In this document: positions 49,940 to 63,641 of the stretch, one piece after another | Layout of the letters: the number at the start of each line of letters is the position of its first letter | How positions within the stretch are numbered: the first letter of the stretch is position 1 | Source: Octopus vulgaris | Lineage: Eukaryota | Assembly (NCBI GenBank): GCA_951406725.2 | Contig: OX597817.1 | Span: forward strand, 161,386,001 to 161,450,000 | DNA length: 64,000 bases | Reading direction: 5' to 3' | Translations under genes and position numbers: made by a program | The notes under the pieces: model-generated | What the model was told of the DNA's origin: nothing | Database searches by the model: none | The model's input: the letters and a program-made list of their open reading frames with translations, nothing else

Positions 49940-51675
49940 GTGTTGAAGAAAGCTGGTAAATTAAAAAAGTGAGATGATTACAAAATTCATTTAAATGACA
50001 AGATGCAAATATTTTCCCATTTTAATCCACATCTTGAAACAATGTTCACTGATAATTAAGAAGCAAAGTTTTACCTCTCAAATGATTTAAATAATGCGTA
50101 CTGGCAAATTGGTTTGAGATGAAGGCTAAGAAATAGGGTGTGGGAATATATATTATGTAATTGTCTTTCCTTAATAAATAACCTTCCACTAGTAAGTTTA
50201 TAGAATTCGGAGCCGACACTGTAAGTGCTCTAAATTCTTTAGAAAATCTATTGAGATAAACTTAAACGGGAAAATATTGCATTGCTAACACAAGATAAGA
50301 CACGATAATGACTTGTGAACCAGTAATATACTATGGTTGCAAAATAAAAGATTGTGTCCTTTCTAGCAATTAATATATACATATCAGCTTCTCCTGGGTT
50401 TCAAAAACATCAGCTTTCTTTTCCAACATTGTATGGAGTCGATATTGGAGGAAATTATTGGCATGATTTTACATCAGAATGACAGACTCATTCTTGTAGT
50501 AGCCCAGAATAAACTGAAGAATCAATAAAATGCAGTCATTGCAAGACAGAAAGGAGCCACTGTATTGATTAACCTAAATAGATGCATTATTTGTGTATCT
50601 TACATAGATTTCTTATAAATGAATATTTCAAAGGTTGGAATTGAACCATGATTTAATCTAATAATTATGATTCAATGAATTAGTATAACTAAATCAAAAG
50701 AATGAATTGAAAAATGTTTGGAGTTGATTGATTATTATTACTAGTTTATACTAAAATTTGCAGACATAGTTGAGGCTTATCTTGTAGCAAAAAAGGACTA
50801 TCTCTATTTGGGACATATGTATCAGAAACAGGTCTTTAACAAAACAAATGAACTTCTTGTGCAATACCCTGTTTTGGCAACATTTGTCTGCCAAGTAAGA
50901 AACAACTCTCACTGTTGATTCTTCTGAATTTGCAAAAGTAGGAATAATGTCTTGAAATGGAAAGTCTATAGCCTGTGTTAGTTATACAATTGATAATGCT
51001 GGAGCAATAACAAACACAAAGCCTGTACAGTGGTAGGTTGTGTAGAAAGACTGAAGCATTTTCTTTTAAAGAAATCTTTGGTATTGAATATTGTTCGTTA
51101 ACATTTACAATAAAAATTTTTCAAATGATCTTCATGTTTCTAAGTGAAATTTGTAATTGATTTTTTTTTCAAAGGGTCTTGATATTTCCAAGTGAGTTTT
51201 TCAACAGATTACCTGGTGGATGCCCATATTATTACTGTATGATTTCAAGATCATTCACATTCCAGGTGAAAACTATCCCTCATGTTGATGCTTTTACTAA
51301 ACTCAAATATGATGCGGATCAGTTTGAGACAATGTTCTTTATAATTTATTATTACATTCTGACATGATTAATTAATTAATTATTGATAAGGCTTAAACAA
51401 TTAAAACAGTGGAGATTATTTAAATCCATGGACCATTTATGTTCACTTAAAGAATTCCATTACTGAAAAACAAAATTAACTTCAACAAACTTTTCAAGAA
51501 TGACTATTTGCCAGACATTCATCTGAAATGATAGCAGAGAATGGTTTTATCTTTAATAAAAAATATGCTATTTATCCCTTAAGTTTATCATACAAAAGTT
51601 CTTTCCACAACTCGTGACATAACTGGTTGCACTACCAACAGTGAAAAAAGTAAGGGCTTGTGTTTGGTGACTTAA

Positions 51676-51896
51676 CCCTTTTGTTACTGTATTTATTTTG
51701 AAATGTTCTGTGTTTCTTTCAATTACTTTAAATATTGCAAAGAATTTAGTAAAATAACTTAGTTATCATTCAGTTAGTGTTAGGAACATAAATTGTGACT
51801 AAGGTTTGGTGGAAGTTTTTAATTCAAAAATTATGTAAACAAGACATTTGTACTTCAGAGCCAGAGTCAGTTTCAGCTGGGCTGATAACGAAAGGG
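51676..51896. mobile_element. piggyBac-like MITE
   Basis: TTAA|CCCTTTTGTTA ... TAACGAAAGGG|TTAA. Confidence 0.8.
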
Positions 51897-52879
51897 TTAA
51901 TCTTGTTAGAGAAACTGAAGAATTTGTTAGACCCTTTGACATGTGTATTAATTTCAATCTCCTCCCATATTACCAATACTACTAAATCATGCTGATCCTC
52001 AAGAAATGTGAAGTATTACCTCCATTTAGGAGCTGAAGAATTGCAAAGAGAATTTGGATGCCACAAATATATACTGAATAATGCGATGTATCTTTTGTAG
52101 TTGGAATAATGTTGTATTTTTTTTTGTATCTTATCATTGATATGTAAATGTATCTGGTCAGCATCTGCACATGGTATTTATCTGCCCAGTCTGTGATTTT
52201 ATTGCTATGTTTATGTTGTTATCAAATCGCATGCATTTTGCATGGTAGCACACGGTCAGGACTATTTGAGGTGACTACCAATTCAATATCAAGGACAATT
52301 TTATAGTGAGCTCCCAGAAAAATATGATATTCAGATACAAGAGATGTCTGAAGTTTTAACCTTTCTCATCTACTGTTGTGAACTTACGGTAATTGTTGTA
52401 AATACAACAAATACATAACAAGTTGGTTGAACATATAAGCACAACACAGATACAAAAGTTAATTGTTTATAGGAATAATGCCTGTCTATACTTTAGATTC
52501 TTGTTGTTTAGTTCTGGACCATCTCTTGATCAAACAGATTTATGGTCAAAAATGCTTGAGCTGTGACCAATCCATCATTTTATATATCAGATATTATATA
52601 GTCCAATGTTTTCTTCTTTAAGTTGTGATTTGATGGATATTTGGTTGTTATTTCTAGCTACCACATTGTGGTTCCCTCATTGGCTGTTTCTATTGGCTGT
52701 CATAAAGAAGACTATCTGTTGCCAAATACAGTTGATATAGAACTGTGTGTATTGACTGTGTATCTTGACACATTTTCCTTTTTACATTAAACTACTGCTT
52801 TCTGTGTTACATTTATGGATACAACAACTTGCCTATCCTTTTAGAAATTACCAAGATATTTCACTTGTTGTTTCTTTGT

Positions 52880-53176
52880 TCCTTCTCGAGCCATGCCTGG
52901 CTCATAAGGGCCTGTTTACCGGTTTCTTGGCGTATAGGTTCCCCACCTGGACGGGACACCGGTCCGTCGCAGATGAGCTGCAAGATGCAGGAGGAAAGTA
53001 TGAGAGAAAGTTGTGGCGAAAGAGTCAGCAGAAGTTCGCCATTACCTTCTGCCGGAGCCGTGTGGAGCTTAGGTGTTTTCGCTCATAAACACACACACAT
53101 CGCCCAGTCTGAGATTCGAACCCGTGATCCCTCGACCGCGAGTCTGCTGCTCTAATCACTAGGCCATGTGCCTCCA
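52880..53176 (-). mobile_element. tRNA-derived SINE, family A variant
   Basis: Highly similar to 11327-11613; 14-bp TSD CAAGATATTTCACT. Confidence 0.85.
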
Positions 53177-53525
53177 CAAGATATTTCACTAAAGGTATGG
53201 TAGTCACTAGTCCATCTTAGGCTGGTATTACTAGATGAGTTTTCATATTTCTGCCATTATGACAGAGTAGATTTCATAAGTTTAAATTTGCTGTAGTTGT
53301 TTCATTGTGTTTCTGGGGCAGAAGACTCTATTCCATATAACTTCAGTCTCATGAACCATCAGGTGAGAATAGGCACCAAATTATCTGGGAATGTTTATTG
53401 GCTGTTAATCATTTTATCAATGGACGTTTGGAAGCCAGCTTTATTGAGCTGGCCAAGGGTTTTTGTAGAATTTAGATGTTCTCTTTTGTTGGCTTGTCTG
53501 TCACAGTTGATATTGTAATATTTAA

Positions 53526-53771
53526 CCCTTTTGTAGCCATATTTTGATTGAAATACACTGCCTATGTGCTTGAGAATTTTTTTTTCTTTAAATGACAAGA
53601 ATTTGAAGGGATTTAGTAAAATAACTTTGTTATTATTAATCTGGCGTTTGAAACATAACAAAAAGCTTCATATGTAAAATGATGGTCAGAGGATTTATAT
53701 TAAATATTAAAACAAGGGGATTTTGTATTGTAGATCCAAAGGCAGTCTTGGGACAGTGGCTTTCAAAAGGG
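53526..53771. mobile_element. Older piggyBac-like MITE
   Basis: TTAA|CCCTTTTG ... CAAAAGGG|TTAA. Confidence 0.65.
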
Positions 53772-55960
53772 TTAATATGTTTGTATGAATTAGCCATAGA
53801 TGTTATTTAGTTAGAAATTTATTTATTTTTTTTTTTGTTTGTTTTGTCCCCATTTCTCTCTTCTTAAGGAAACAACTCAGATGTTTTACTATAACTGAAG
53901 TAATTTTTTTTTTCTAATACCTTTCATTGTTCATTTACTCAGACCTTAAACTTTTCAGGTTGTATATATATGCATGTATGTGGGTTGTTGCAAAAGTCTT
54001 GTTAGTTCTTGTTCTCCTCATTGTAGCAACTTATTACTCAGTTCTTAGCATACACACTGCTGAATCTGATTTCTGTCCTTCACAAATAGAGTATTTAATA
54101 TACTGAAGCCTCAAATAGTCAGAAGGAAAAGTTTCTAAGGATTTAGATACAAAGTGAAGTGTAAGAATATGAGTATTCTTTAGAACATACCTTATCCATG
54201 AAAAAAAATGCACTCTATTCCTAATTACCATCCCATAGAACCACATTCCCACCTGCCTCCTATACTTTTTCTTTCCTACCACCTTTTCTTCTTTATATTT
54301 TACTCATTCTTTTATCTTTCCTGGTGAAGGACTAGCGCTCAAAACATCAAAACGCTTTCCTTCCCTTTTAAGTGATATACTGATATAAAATATGTTAATA
54401 TTTGTCCCTCTGGTGTTGTTTAATTCTTATTTTTTTTGGTCATTGCATAATATATAAAGAAAATACACATTCAATCAACGCAAATAAGGACCAGTTTATA
54501 CTGGAATTAATTTAATCAATTTTACATCTTCATCTCTCTCCACCACCACCACCACCAACAACAACAAAATGAAAGCTTTCTGTCTACGCTAGAGATAAAT
54601 ATTGTATGATTTTGAAATAACTATCTCAGTCATCATGGCCTTTCGTTTACTTTGTTTGGTCTTGTATGAATTTAGAATGCTAAATTTGATTTCCACCTCA
54701 TTTGTATTGGTATGTGAATCTTCTCTCCATCACTGGTGATTTTGAAGGTAACAATATTGTGATATATTTGAAATGGGTGCTATACAAATAAAACAAATGT
54801 CTACACTACAAAGAAGTGAAAGAAATGCCAAGACTTTTGTACCAACTTCATTCTGTTTGTGAATTTATTTATGCTACATAATTAGATAATTCATACCTTT
54901 CAAAGGTTATATATATATATATTATTAAGTCGCTAGGTATATCTAGATGTGTGTTCCTTTTGCTGTGAATATATATGTTTATGATTTTTTTTTTTTCTGT
55001 TTTTGCTGTTCAAATATTGATTCACATACTTGCCAAACTGAACAGATCTCATACCACACTTGATACTGTAGAAATATAAAACATTTTTGTACACTCCAGC
55101 AACTGAGATTTATTAAAGTTACAATGTGGAAGAAATGGTTCCAATCCTATTCAGTCCAAGTCTCTCTACCTGTAATGGAATACAGCTATGTTAAACTTAT
55201 GCTAGTGAATTCACAGAACAAGAGTTTAAACTACAGACAAAATTAGACATTTGTATATACCAAGGAGCTATAATAATAGATTATCACAGATTCCGTTACA
55301 TTGAAGAACATAGATTTGTACACGCTTACATTATGTGTGTATATATATGTGTGGAAGCACTCCGTCGGTTACGACAACGAGGGTTGCGGTTGATCCGATC
55401 AACGGAACAGCCTGCTCATGAAATTAACGTGTAAGTGGCTGAGCACTCCACAGACATGTGTACCCTTAACGTAGTTCTCGGGGATATTCAGCGTGACACA
55501 GAGAGTGACAAGGCCGGCCCTTTGAAATACAGGTACAACAGAAACAGGAAGTAAGAGTGAGAGAAAGTTGTGGTGAAAGAGTACTGCAGGGATCACCACC
55601 ATCCCCTGCCGGAGCCTCGTGGAGCTTTTAGGTGTGTATATATATATATATATGATGGACTCTCCTGTCGTTAGACTCCGTATGAGGGTTTGGCAATTTA
55701 TTGCCGAACAACCACAGAGATGGTTTGTTTATAGTGATCAAATGTTTGTGTACACATAAGCTCTCTCATTCCCTCCATCAAATCAACATTACCTGTACAG
55801 GTGCAATGGGCCGCCACATGTCAGATGACGAAACGATCACAGAGCAACGTGAAATGAAGTGCTTTACTCAAGAACACAATGCAATACCCGGTCTGGAAAT
55901 GATATCCATCAATGCAGTGTTGAGCACTCATATTCATATTTGACATTTTATGTTTATATA

Positions 55961-56003
<43 letters not shown>

Positions 56004-56245
56004 GTATGTATGTGTACATATATTCATCTAATCAGTGACCCAGATGACTGCAGTACTCTGGGGCATTGCCTTGAAGGGTTTACTTGAGCAAATCAACCCT
56101 AGTACTTATATTTTAAAATCTGGTGCTTATTCTATCAGTCTCGTTTGCCCAACGGCTAAGTTACAGGTACATATAAAAAACAACACCAGTTGTCAAGTGG
56201 TGGTGATGAGACAATCTCAAAGATGTGCACACGCACACATATATC

Positions 56246-56281
<36 letters not shown>

Positions 56282-56476
56282 GCAGGCATGTGCCATCAGT
56301 AATTACTCAAGGTAGGCAGTTGGTGACGTTTATGTAGTAAAACACATAAAATAAAAAAAAAAAGAGAACACAGGTGCGTGACTGAGATTTGGAGGCAGAT
56401 TTACTTCTGCCTTTGTAGTACATAAAGAAAACATTGTTGTAGGAATGTATGCAGCATGTGTACTACAGCAATACTC

Positions 56477-56841
56477 ATGGCACTCCATTGAGGGTTCTAG
56501 TTGATCAAATCAATGGAACAGCTGGCTTGTGAAATTAACGTGCAAGTGGCTGAGCACTCCACAGACACGTGTACCCATAACAGAGTTCTTGGGGAGATTC
56601 ATCGAGACACTGAGTGTGACAAGGCTGGCCCTTTGAAATACAGGTACAACAGAAACAGGAAGAAAGAGTGTAAGTTCTAGTGAAAGAATACAGTAGGGTT
56701 TTCCACCACCCCCTGCTGGAGCCTCGTGGAGCTTTAGATGTTTTTGCTCAATAAACACTCACAACACCCGGTCTGGGAATCGAAACCGCAATCCTTTGAC
56801 CACAAGTTTGCTGCCCTAACCACTGGGCCATTGTGCCTCCA
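56477..56841 (-). mobile_element. tRNA-derived SINE, family A long form (partial copy at 55355-55634)
   Basis: Minus-strand head GGAGGCACAATGGCCCAGTGG; the body is shared with 55355 and ~9320. Confidence 0.75.
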
Positions 56842-57084
56842 CACAGCCATACTGTGTAGCTTTAATACTGATATTGAAAGGCAGGGGCGAATTATGCCTA
56901 CCTAATCTACAAGACAAAATATTTTGTATTTTATGCATAGTAATCAGAGTAACCTCCATAATTTTATTGAATTAGGTGCATATTTTGCCATAAAAGGAAA
57001 ATGTTGCTATCAACCTATTTTATTCAGGGTAGGCACTGCCTACCTTGCCTACCCAGACGGCACATCCCTGATATATATACACAC

Positions 57085-57119
<35 letters not shown>

Positions 57120-57727
57120 TACATACAATGGGCATCCACACGGTTTCTACCTACCAAATTTACTCACAGGGTATTGGTTGGCTCAGGTCTATAGTGGAAG
57201 GCACTTAGCACTTGTCCAAGGTGCCATGCAGTGGGACTGAACCTGAAACAGTGATGGCTGGGAAGCAAACTTCTTACCACACAGCCACACACCTATGACA
57301 GTATATGGCCAGTGTGGGGCATGAACCCATGACATCTGCACTAGCAGCACATTAATGTGAATATACATGTGTTGTGTGAGTGCAAGTGTGTGTGTGTGTG
57401 TATTAGTGATTCCTTGTCTTGACATCTTATGATAGTTGTAAAGGGGCATCATTGTCATTTTGTTCCCAATCTTCTGAGAAAATATGTCTAGCCATGGAGC
57501 TACACCAAGCTCCAGTTGTCTGCTTTTGTATGGTTCTTCCAGCTGGATGCCCTTCCTAACACCAACCTCTTTACAACGTGTACTTGGTGCTTTTACGTGA
57601 CACCTGCACAGGTGCATTTTTTTTATGTGGTGTCAGCACAGATTCTGTGTATGTAGCACTGATGCGGTGCTTTTTATGTGACATCAGCCCCCCCCCACAC
57701 ACACACACACACATACACATACAGTTG

Positions 57728-57766
57728 TTAGATAGATAGATAAAAGGATGGATAGATGAATGGATG

Positions 57767-57811
<45 letters not shown>

Positions 57812-57822
57812 AAGGATGGATG

Positions 57823-57863
<41 letters not shown>

Positions 57864-57874
57864 AAGGATGGATG

Positions 57875-57943
<69 letters not shown>

Positions 57944-57954
57944 AAGGATGGATG

Positions 57955-57991
<37 letters not shown>

Positions 57992-58006
57992 AAGGATGGA
58001 TGGATG

Positions 58007-58055
<49 letters not shown>

Positions 58056-58090
58056 AAGGATGGATAGATAGATAGATAGATAGATAAAAG

Positions 58091-58127
<37 letters not shown>

Positions 58128-58170
58128 AAGGATGGATGGATAGATAGATAGATAGATAAAAGGATGGATG

Positions 58171-58215
<45 letters not shown>

Positions 58216-58226
58216 AAGGATGGATG

Positions 58227-58259
<33 letters not shown>

Positions 58260-58607
58260 AAGGATGGATGGATAGATAGATAGATAGATAGATATATAAA
58301 AGGATGGATGGATAGATAGATAGATATAGATAGATAGATAGATAGATAGATAAAAGGATGGATGGATGGATAGATAGATAGATAGATAGATAAAAGGATG
58401 GATGGATAGATAGATAGATACAGATAGATAGATAGATAAAAGGATGGATGGATAGAGAGATAGATAAAAGGATGGATGGATAGAGAGATAGATAAAAGGA
58501 TGGATGGATAGAGAGATAGATAAAAGGATGGATGGATAGAGAGAGAGATAGATAGATAGATAGATAAAAGGATGGATGGATAGATGGATTGAGAGATAGA
58601 CAGATAA
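57728..58607. repeat. Compound (GATA)n/(GGAT)n satellite with a higher-order AAAAGGATG punctuation
   Basis: Directly visible; it is the source of the 347-aa SIYL pseudo-ORF. Confidence 0.95.
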
Positions 58608-59054
58608 ATAGCAATATTTTTAAAATGTCATTTAGTTTGAGTGGATAGTATTAATATTTTGGTCTTGGCTAATTCTTCAAATTATCACATAGAAGATTTG
58701 CATGCAATGACAATGAAAATTTCTTCATCATAGCTTTTCTTTCGTTAAGTCTTGTCTGTAAAAGGCTGTCTTTCTCTCTCCATAGTTCAGGCTGACTTCC
58801 ACGTATATAAAACTCTTTCAGTTTCATTTCAAATATGTCTGTCTTCTGAAATTTGCATTCTGTTATTTCGTCTAATGTTAAACTGATGAAATTCATCATC
58901 CATTTTTACAGGTTGAATTATTTTTGTTGTTGTTTTTTTCTTTGTTTTTTTTTTTTATAATTTTTTTGCCTTTTTCTTCTTCTTCTTCTTGTAGCATTTC
59001 TTTGATAACTTACTTTGTATCTTACCCTGTACTCTTTTCATTTTCTGCCCTCAG

Positions 59055-59075
59055 ACAAAGATATTCATACGGGAG
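59055..59075 (+). CDS. Candidate 21-nt symmetric microexon of the ASAP gene
   Basis: Long U-rich tract, acceptor ttctgccctcag| and donor GAG|gtaagt. Phase 1 reading (D)KDIHTG. Confidence 0.7.
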
Positions 59076-59498
59076 GTAAGTTTTTCCCCCCTGTGCCATC
59101 TTACCACCACACTGTATGTTTCACCAATCATCCTCTCACCCTCATAGCAACAACAGCATCAATAACAACCACTGCATCATCACCACCACCAACAACAACA
59201 ACTACAACAGCAATAAGCCGCTTTTTATTCTTTGCTTTATGCATAATTTGTTGTTGAAGGTTTTATTTTTATTTTTTTGCAATGATTTAAATTTTTATTG
59301 TTTGTTTTGTTACATTTTTATTTGGTTTTTGACATATTCATTTGATTTTTTTTATTAATTATATCTATATTTGTTTTGTTTATTTGTATAATTATTTATT
59401 TCTTTAACCCATATCTGGAGCCACCCTGTTCATTGCTGACCCCTGAGTGTATATATGTGTGTGTGTGTGTATAAGAGACTTGGAAACAGCTTACTTAA

Positions 59499-59710
59499 CC
59501 CTTTCGTTACCATATTTATTTTGAGATGTTCTGTGTTTCTTTCAGTTAATTTTAAATATAACAAAGAATTTAGTAAAATAACTTTGTTATCATTAAGCTA
59601 GTGTTAGCAACATAAATTGTGACTAAAGTTTGGTGGAAGATTCTAATTCAAAACTTATGAAAACAAGACACTTGTACTACAGAGCCAGAGCTGGGTTGGT
59701 ATCGAAAGGG
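59499..59710. mobile_element. piggyBac-like MITE
   Basis: TTAA|CCCTTTCGTTACC ... GGTATCGAAAGGG|TTAA; same family as 51676. Confidence 0.8.
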
Positions 59711-60914
59711 TTAAACAGAGACCAGTGGGTTTTAGGGATCATCAGGAAAGAATGTACTGTTTCGAAGCTTTACAGCACACCAGCCCCCACACTGCCCTCA
59801 GTGATATGAGGCCCTGACTACTGGACCAAATGATTTATTCAGTCTTGGGTTCATTTCAGAATTATCAGCCCCATTCAAATTGTGGAATCATGCAGGTCTG
59901 ACTTTCCACAAGGGCAACCAGGCACCTGTTTCACACCCATGTGTTACCTCTTCAGCCAGATTTCATCATTCCTTTTCAACCCTTCTAGGATGACGAAATT
60001 TTCCTGAAGCAACAAAAATGGTCTAACTTAGCTCTCTGTTGGATTTTAAATATTAATGATAATAATAATAATAATAATAAAATTATTGTATACAGTGCTC
60101 AGGTGCACCACAACTTGTCAAAAGTTTGTATAAAACATATGCAGTAATTTATAGGTGGATCCTATTTGCTGCCCAAAGTAGTCAGCTAAAACTGACAAAA
60201 CTCCAACCAAGTTAGCTGATTTGGTACCCGAGGGTTTAAGGCTGGAGTGCTGTCTGGTAAAGTGTGAGGTGTGTTTCAATTGATTGGTCAATGATCAAAC
60301 AATTTAATGAGTAAAGAACTCATAATGAGTGGATAAGGGTTAGGTTTAGTTGTAAGGAATAAGTGAAGATGGTTTGAAATGTCAATGAATCAGTCAATGA
60401 TATGAAGGAGTGAAAATTCTAAATGTTGCGGAAAGTTTAAAATGGCATAAAATAAAAATTTGGATTCTGTTTCTGCAGTTTTGATGTCATAGGAGTATGA
60501 GAGCTTACAAGGGTTGTGAACATTGAGGAAAGTGACTTCAGAAAAGGGTGGTGTAAGATAGATGTGCTCAATACAAGAAGAGAGATAGTTGAACAGTTGC
60601 TAGTGGGTGGATACGTTTTGGAGATTGACAGAGACAGCAAATGAATTTAGAGGAAACGAGGTGGTGAGCTGGCAGCATTTCTTCCAGTTCCTTCTATTCT
60701 GAGTTCAAATTCTATCACAGTTGACTTTGCCTTTCATCTTTTCAGAATCAATAAAAATAAGTACCAGCAGAGCACTGGGATTTATGTAATTGGCATATCC
60801 CTTCCCCCATAAAATGAGCAGCCTTGTGCCAAAGTTTGTAACCATTATACTTTAAACCAAAATCCAAAAGAAGCAGCAGTCTTTGTTGCTGAAACCCAGG
60901 CAAGAGAAGTGAGA

Positions 60915-61428
60915 AAAACTGGGTACAGATAGCATCAGATGTAGTGTGCAAGAGAGAAGACTGCACTGGTATGGCCATGTAATGCATATGAATGAAGATA
61001 GTTGCATCAATAGGTGCCAATCTCTAATTATAGAGGGAACATGCGGAAGGGATAGACCCAAGAAGACGTGGGATGAAGTGGTGAGAATCGATCTACTGAT
61101 GCTAGGAATCACAGAGGGGATGATGGAACTGAGACACTTGATGGTTTGCTGTGCTTGAAGAGACACGTCAAACTAAGTAAAAGCATGGTTATCCTTGCAT
61201 ACAGGCTCTTCCTCTGCAACCCTGTCCAGCTGAGCATCCCTAATCTTGTGGTCTCGTAGGTGTTGGTGCCGCATAAAAAGCACCCAGTACACACTGTAAA
61301 GTGGTTGTTGTTAGGAAGAGCATCCAGCCATAGAAACCATACCAAAATAGACATAGAGCCTGAACAGCCCTTCAGCTGTCCAACCCATGCCAACATGCAA
61401 AACGGACATTCAATGATAATAATGATGA
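60915..61428 (+). mobile_element. 5'-truncated RTE LINE 3' end
   Basis: ORF 60946..61158 QERRLHWYGHVMHM...GTCGRDRPKKTWDEVV, then the UTR and a GAT-like tail; paralogous to 16250-17081. Confidence 0.85.
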
Positions 61429-61432
61429 TATA

Positions 61433-61814
61433 TCTCTCTATATATAAACGGCAGTTTGTCTGTGCGTGTTTCTGTGTGTCTGTTTGCTTGTACCCTCACC
61501 CTGACCACGGCTTTCAACCGATTCTGATGAAACTTGACACACACATAGCCCAATGTCATAATTCAAAACTAACGCAGCGAAAATTTTTAAAAGTTCCCCC
61601 AGTTCTGAAAAAAATCGATAAATTCGACATGGGGTCGAGAATTAGAAACACAAACCGCAAACTGTCTAGGGGACGCAACTCCACCTTTTTTAACTAAAAA
61701 AAAATTTACCATCATTTTTTTCCATTTTTTTGCTATTTTTTGGCTATAACTCTCTAAAAATGCTTTATAGTTATTTCCCTTACAAACCTGAGCAACGCCG
61801 GGCGATACTGCTAG
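61433..61814 (+). mobile_element. Non-autonomous Helitron, full copy
   Basis: A|TC...CTAG|T insertion signature and subterminal hairpin; nearly identical to 13299-13677. Confidence 0.85.
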
Positions 61815-62373
61815 TATATATATAAAAGCAGCGAGCTGGCTGAATTGTTACCATGCTGGGCAAAATGCTTAGTGGTATTTCATCGGAAAAATGCTATGAA
61901 AAATTACTGTTATACAAAGGGAAATTACTGTGTGATTGACCGTTATTAAGACAAAAGAGCTAGGCGCACACACGTGGGTGTGCGGGCACATGTGTAGGTA
62001 TGAACAGGTGTGCTTACGCGAATACTATGAACCTTTTACCCCCTTATTTAGTGGTCATTCGAATAGCACATGACCTTAACGTATTTTATGAATTTCAACT
62101 GGTTTTTGTGCCAATGTAGATCATTGCTAGTTTTCTCTCACATTTTGTTATCCCCCCACCTGAAGTGTAATAGTTGGCCTTGCTTAGATTTTGATGGATA
62201 TCCTCATCCTCAACAGCACCATCAGCAGCATCATCATCATCAGCAGCAACAACAATCTTGATATGATGGGTCAGATAAAAAATAATGCAAATTTCAGAGG
62301 TTTATGTTGTTCTCAAAGTTTTCTGGAACATCAATTAAACCTCTCATCTATGCTGTCACATCAATGCTATATC

Positions 62374-62406
<33 letters not shown>

Positions 62407-62695
62407 ATATGTATGTGTATATTTATATATTTGTGTGTGAGTGTATGTGTGTATACATACACATAGTTATAGTGTCATATCTCTGCTATTTTCACAATGT
62501 ATACACTACAACACCACTGTATGTAGAATACTCCTTGTATATACTCTATCTCGCTACTACTACGCCTAGTACATACACTGTTTTGCAATTTCTACACACA
62601 GTATATATATGTACACACATACATCTGATGGGTTACTCTATACTTTTGTAGAGTACAAATTTATTATTAATATTATTATTATTATTATTATTATT

Positions 62696-63238
62696 GAGAG
62701 AACAGTGCATGCCATCAAAGTGACACTGGGGTAAAATATACGAAGCCCAGTATACCCATCACCTGTCTGATAAGGGTACATCAGGCACATGCATCACAAT
62801 CATATGCGCAACATGGTGATCTCATATCAAGATAAACAGCGCATGACCTTGCAGGTGGGGCCCAGTTAGAATTTTCTTCTGGTCGAGTAGCCCATCCCGC
62901 TCAAAAGGTCCCTGAATAAGGATTGTCTAAGGATGTTGAATGAACCACCCATGTTTCCAAAGGTGAATTATCTAAACGTCCAAGAATTCCTTTCAACACA
63001 CAGCTATGATGCTCCCCCACTGCTTCTGCTCATGATCAGGGATGCACATGTCGTCAGCCACTAAGCGACTTGGTCAACAGGTTACGGTCAAACAACTTAC
63101 AAACAAATCTGTGGTATTGAGCAGAATATTTGCTGTAGCCCATCTTTTATACCAAGACAAAACAATGTACATGGTAACACTTCTAATCAGTTAAGATCAG
63201 AAGCTATGAGAGCCACTGCCTGGTACTGCATCAGGGCA

Positions 63239-63240
<2 letters not shown>
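62696..63240. mobile_element. Unclassified ~550-bp insertion within a (TTA)n microsatellite
   Basis: GC-richer block bounded on both sides by (TTA)n; no clear ORF or family motif recognised. Confidence 0.35.
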
Positions 63241-63295
<55 letters not shown>

Positions 63296-63567
63296 ACACG
63301 AATATTATTGACAGTGATTTTGAAGTTTTGGCCAGCTACAATAATAATCTTGTTTAAGGACAAAATGTATGCATGTGTGTGTGTATGTGGGTATAGTATT
63401 ATGTAATATTCCTTAATATACAAACACACAGAAGTGTATGTGCTCACATATGCATGCACACACACAATTTTGTTGCATTTCCTTGCATGTAAAGATTGCA
63501 TTCTTCTTCAAATATTGGCGTGTGCTGCAGTGTTTCTTAAAAAATACGCATGCATTGTGCCCCACAG

Positions 63568-63641
63568 CGTGTACTTCAGTGCCATATCCTTTGAGTAGAG
63601 TTGAGTATATACCCAGGTACAAAACCGTTTTGCCTACTCAA
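63568..63641 (+). CDS. Weak candidate exon of the ASAP gene, phase 1 to 0
   Basis: Acceptor tgtgccccacag| and donor CAA|gtgagt. Open as (A)CTSVPYPLSRVEYIPRYKTVLPTQ, but the pyrimidine tract is poor. Confidence 0.28.

Noticed and set aside
53869-53891. Strong pyrimidine tract and AG giving GNNSDVLL-stop
   Set aside because: Only a few codons and no independent support; a terminal exon cannot be excluded without RNA data.
54321-54348. CTGGTGAAGGAC..GCTCAAAACATC resembling a CpG-decayed Penelope hammerhead (similar weak traces near 24145 and 47788)
   Set aside because: The core nucleotides are mutated and helix I is unsupported; it cannot be called from the sequence alone.
57571-58614. 347-aa ORF, the longest in the track
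   Set aside because: It is the translation of a (TATC)n/(CATC)n satellite with no coding signal.
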